From an uncultured Bacilli bacterium (GTDB taxonomy: Bacteria > Bacillota_I > Bacilli_A > RF39 > UBA660), in NCBI GenBank assembly GCA_947627895.1, contig CANQXV010000002.1:1-47204 (forward strand): a DNA stretch of 47,204 bases, written 5' to 3'. Position numbers and translations under genes: made by a program. Shown one piece after another: positions 45,801 to 47,204 of this stretch. The notes under the pieces were generated by a model. That model had not been told where the DNA came from. It made no database searches and saw only the letters and a list, made by a program, of their open reading frames with translations. Each line of letters begins with the position of its first letter. The first letter of the stretch is position 1.

Positions 45801-46205
45801 AAAACCGGTTGCTCTTGTTGCATAAATATCTTGATGGTCACCAAAAATTGATAAAGCATGCGTTGCTAAGCTTCTACTCGCAACATGAATAACTCCTGGT
45901 AACATTTCTCCCGCGATTTTATACATATTAGGTATCATTAATAAAAGACCTTGTGATGCTGTGAATGTTGAGGCAAGACTGCCACTTAAAAGAGCACCAT
46001 GAAAAGCCCCTGCTGCCCCAGCTTCGGATTCCATTTCAACAACTCTTGGAACATCATTATATAAATTTAATAAACCGGTACTTGTAAGTAAATCAATATT
46101 AGAAGCCATTGGACTAGAAGGTGTAATTGGATAAATACTACAAACCTCACTAAACAAATAAGCTATTCTACTACAAGCACCATTACCATCAACAATTTTA
46201 CTCAT
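42885..46205 (-). CDS. nifJ: Pyruvate:ferredoxin (flavodoxin) oxidoreductase, single-polypeptide type
   Basis: Two ferredoxin-type CxxCxxCxxxCP motifs (CIQCGMCSLACP and CTGCGVCANICP), a TPP-binding GGDG..D region and the overall domain order. Confidence 0.93.
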   Translation of the reverse strand: MSKIVDGNGACSRIAYLFSEVCSIYPITPSSPMASNIDLLTSTGLLNLYNDVPRVVEMESEAGAAGAFHGALLSGSLASTFTASQGLLLMIPNMYKIAGEMLPGVIHVASRSLATHALSIFGDHQDIYATRATGFCMLASSSVEDAQNLAAVAHLSAIKGSLPFLHFFDGFRTSHELNTVDELKDTDLLKLVDKEALASFKNRCLNVGCGVQYGMAQNEDIYFATMEARNNAYNKMSDIVNEYMQEINTLTGRDYKPFNYYGDANAKNVIVAMGSVTDTIKLVVQKLKNVGLIEVHLYRPFSSKYLLDVLPKSVQNIAVLDRTKEAGSMGEPLYLDVCAALQNKNINIVGGRFGLSSKNTTPADIYSVYKMLDGELKNNFTIGITDDVTNLSLPKEEFLVEHNHQEIKIYGFGSDGMVSASKEILKIVHENLQKYVQGYFEYDSKKSGGVTASNLRISDEKINMPFYVTNPELVVVTKDVYFKNFDMLSNIKENGTVLISTIKNDKELNDLLPNKVKKIIKERNIKVLYIDAENIALKAGIRGKINKIMETIILSLLGVDKALDLVKSWIAKEFVTKGEDVINSNIKAVEDALDNLQELEVTTTFDEYEEKEKSVIDMINAREGNNIPVSKLLPLSFGAFPNALSRFEKRNISNVIPKWIKENCIQCGMCSLACPHAVIRPGLNEKDGLPLVGNDTLKYEIVVSEKDCTGCGVCANICPGKAGNKALEMIEKKEKADVDFASMPHLDNPLNKFTIKGSQLEKPLFEFSGACAGCGETPYIKLLTQLFGEKLVIANATGCSSIYGGSTPSTPYSIPWANSLFEDNAEFALGIHLSYKQKRERIAKIMEHAMDAVDEPVKKLFTEWLENREDVTITTKVQKELKDKTIPQELKDLLEYISARTVWAIGGDGWAYDIGFGGLDHVLHTNENIKVLVLDTEVYSNTGGQASKATKLGAVAEFANFGKKTNKKDLFRIATAIPNCYVASVSLGSNMMQTIKAMEEADKHGGPAIIIAYATCVEHGIKTGMNCSMAEQKLAVDCGYQILMRYDGTNLNIDSKEPNFDLYENFLNNEVRFNALKIKNPKEAEKILASQKEAAIARYKYYQNLK

Positions 46206-46308
46206 TTTATATCACTCCTTGTATATCATTCCTATGTATAAATTATAACAAGAAAAAAAGAAAATACCAACTATTTGGTAAATTCTAAAATATTACGATT
46301 AATAAATC

Positions 46309-47204
46309 TCAATCAACGCATCTGCACGGAGAATTACCATAATCAAGATTAACACCTTGAACATCATAAATGTATTCGCTTTTTTTATTATCTGTTACTT
46401 TTACTTTAAATGAATATGGATTTCTACAATTATCCAAATTATTTATTGTTATTTTATTGCCAGTATAAGTTATTTCTATTTTTTTATCATATATATTACA
46501 ACTGCCACACGAGGTATCACATGAATTTTCAATTACAGAATATGTATACGGCTCTGTACCACCTTTTACTGAAACTGTAAGTACAGCATTACTCTCATCA
46601 GTGACAACTTGAATATCGGTTATTTCTAATGGCGCAGTCGTTGTAGTTAAACTTAATGTACTAACTTGGGAATATAATCCTTTACTATCTTTTATTCTTA
46701 TTTCTATTTTATATTGCGTTTGTTCACTTAAGTCCGTGAAGGTATGTGTTGGCGATGTTGTTTCTTCTTTTGTATCTATTTGTCCTTCGGCTACTCCTCC
46801 TGTTATGTGATATTCATATCCTGCTATTTCATTACTTCCCTTAATTGGACCTGTCAATGTTACTGTTATACTGTCTGGGCCCTCACTATGACTTACTTCT
46901 CCTACCTCTGGTAATTTATCTGTTGCTATGTTTGCCTCTGTTTCATATTCATTTGATTTAAATCCATATTCATCTACAGCATAGGCATATATTTTATAAT
47001 TTGTATTTTCATGTAATCCTGTAAATGTATATGTATTTTCATCCCATGGTTTCATTTCAACATCTTCTATTGATGCTGCCATAACAGGTCCAATTTCTTT
47101 TATTCCAAAATAGTATTTATCTATTTCCCTATTTCCTTTATCTTTTTCTAAGGTTATCGTTATACTATCATTTGTTACTTCACTTGTGGCTGTTTTAATA
47201 TGTG
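46309..47204 (-). CDS. FN3-repeat surface protein with Cys-rich C-terminal domain, 5' end outside the window
   Basis: The reading frame stays open from 47082 to the window edge (HIKTATSEVTNDSITITLEKDKGNREIDKYYFGIKEIGPV before the listed Met). Repeated FN3 signatures (YTFTGLHENTNYKIYAYAVDEYG and HTFTDLSEQTQYKIEIRIKD). Confidence 0.75.
   Translation of the reverse strand, partial: HIKTATSEVTNDSITITLEKDKGNREIDKYYFGIKEIGPVMAASIEDVEMKPWDENTYTFTGLHENTNYKIYAYAVDEYGFKSNEYETEANIATDKLPEVGEVSHSEGPDSITVTLTGPIKGSNEIAGYEYHITGGVAEGQIDTKEETTSPTHTFTDLSEQTQYKIEIRIKDSKGLYSQVSTLSLTTTTAPLEITDIQVVTDESNAVLTVSVKGGTEPYTYSVIENSCDTSCGSCNIYDKKIEITYTGNKITINNLDNCRNPYSFKVKVTDNKKSEYIYDVQGVNLDYGNSPCRCVD

Noticed and set aside
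1-47204. CRISPR arrays, transposases, integrases, prophage modules, rRNA and tRNA genes
   Set aside because: I looked for regularly spaced direct repeats, recombinase motifs and RNA gene signatures and found none. The accessory regions show no flanking direct repeats that I could see by eye.

Overview
This is a low-GC (about 28-30% by eye) Bacillota chromosome segment with 47 supportable CDSs. It probably comes from an anaerobic endospore former: it carries dacB-spmA-spmB, a sigma-G-type promoter on ku-ligase, PFOR and an HgdC-type activase. Housekeeping content includes pheS-pheT behind a Phe T-box leader, rluB, csoR-copA-copZ with an operator-in-promoter, uppP, a cyclophilin lipoprotein, an OmpR/HK pair and nifJ-type PFOR. 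No rRNA, tRNA, CRISPR array, transposase or integrase was seen. The main feature is a tightly packed, roughly 10.9 kb nine-gene minus-strand operon (6873-17764). It combines a Tad/Flp-like core (CpaB-like, CpaF/TadA-like ATPase, two TadB/TadC-like platform proteins) with unusual partners. These are a SipW/archaeal-type S26 signal peptidase with a long acidic tail, a membrane-anchored FN3-SH3b-VanX-type M15 peptidase, a 1069 aa Cys-rich exoprotein, and two small single-pass proteins. No Flp prepilin, A24 prepilin peptidase or TadZ is visible. A 692 aa protein elsewhere in the window (31518-33596) has a TasA/CalY-style SipW-cognate signal peptide and may be a substrate of that peptidase. Other accessory items are listed below.
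- A glycine-rich (ALK/LTK GRD-like) membrane protein with an XRE regulator, inserted between rluB and spmB.
- An atypical kinase-like gene with a 613 aa unknown gene, next to ku-ligase.
- A metallophosphoesterase with degenerate metal ligands.
- Three XRE regulators, each divergently paired with a surface or unknown gene across perfect inverted repeats.
All functional calls come from by-eye motif recognition and gene context. No database search was run. Motif coordinates read from the printed sequence may be off by 1-2 nt.
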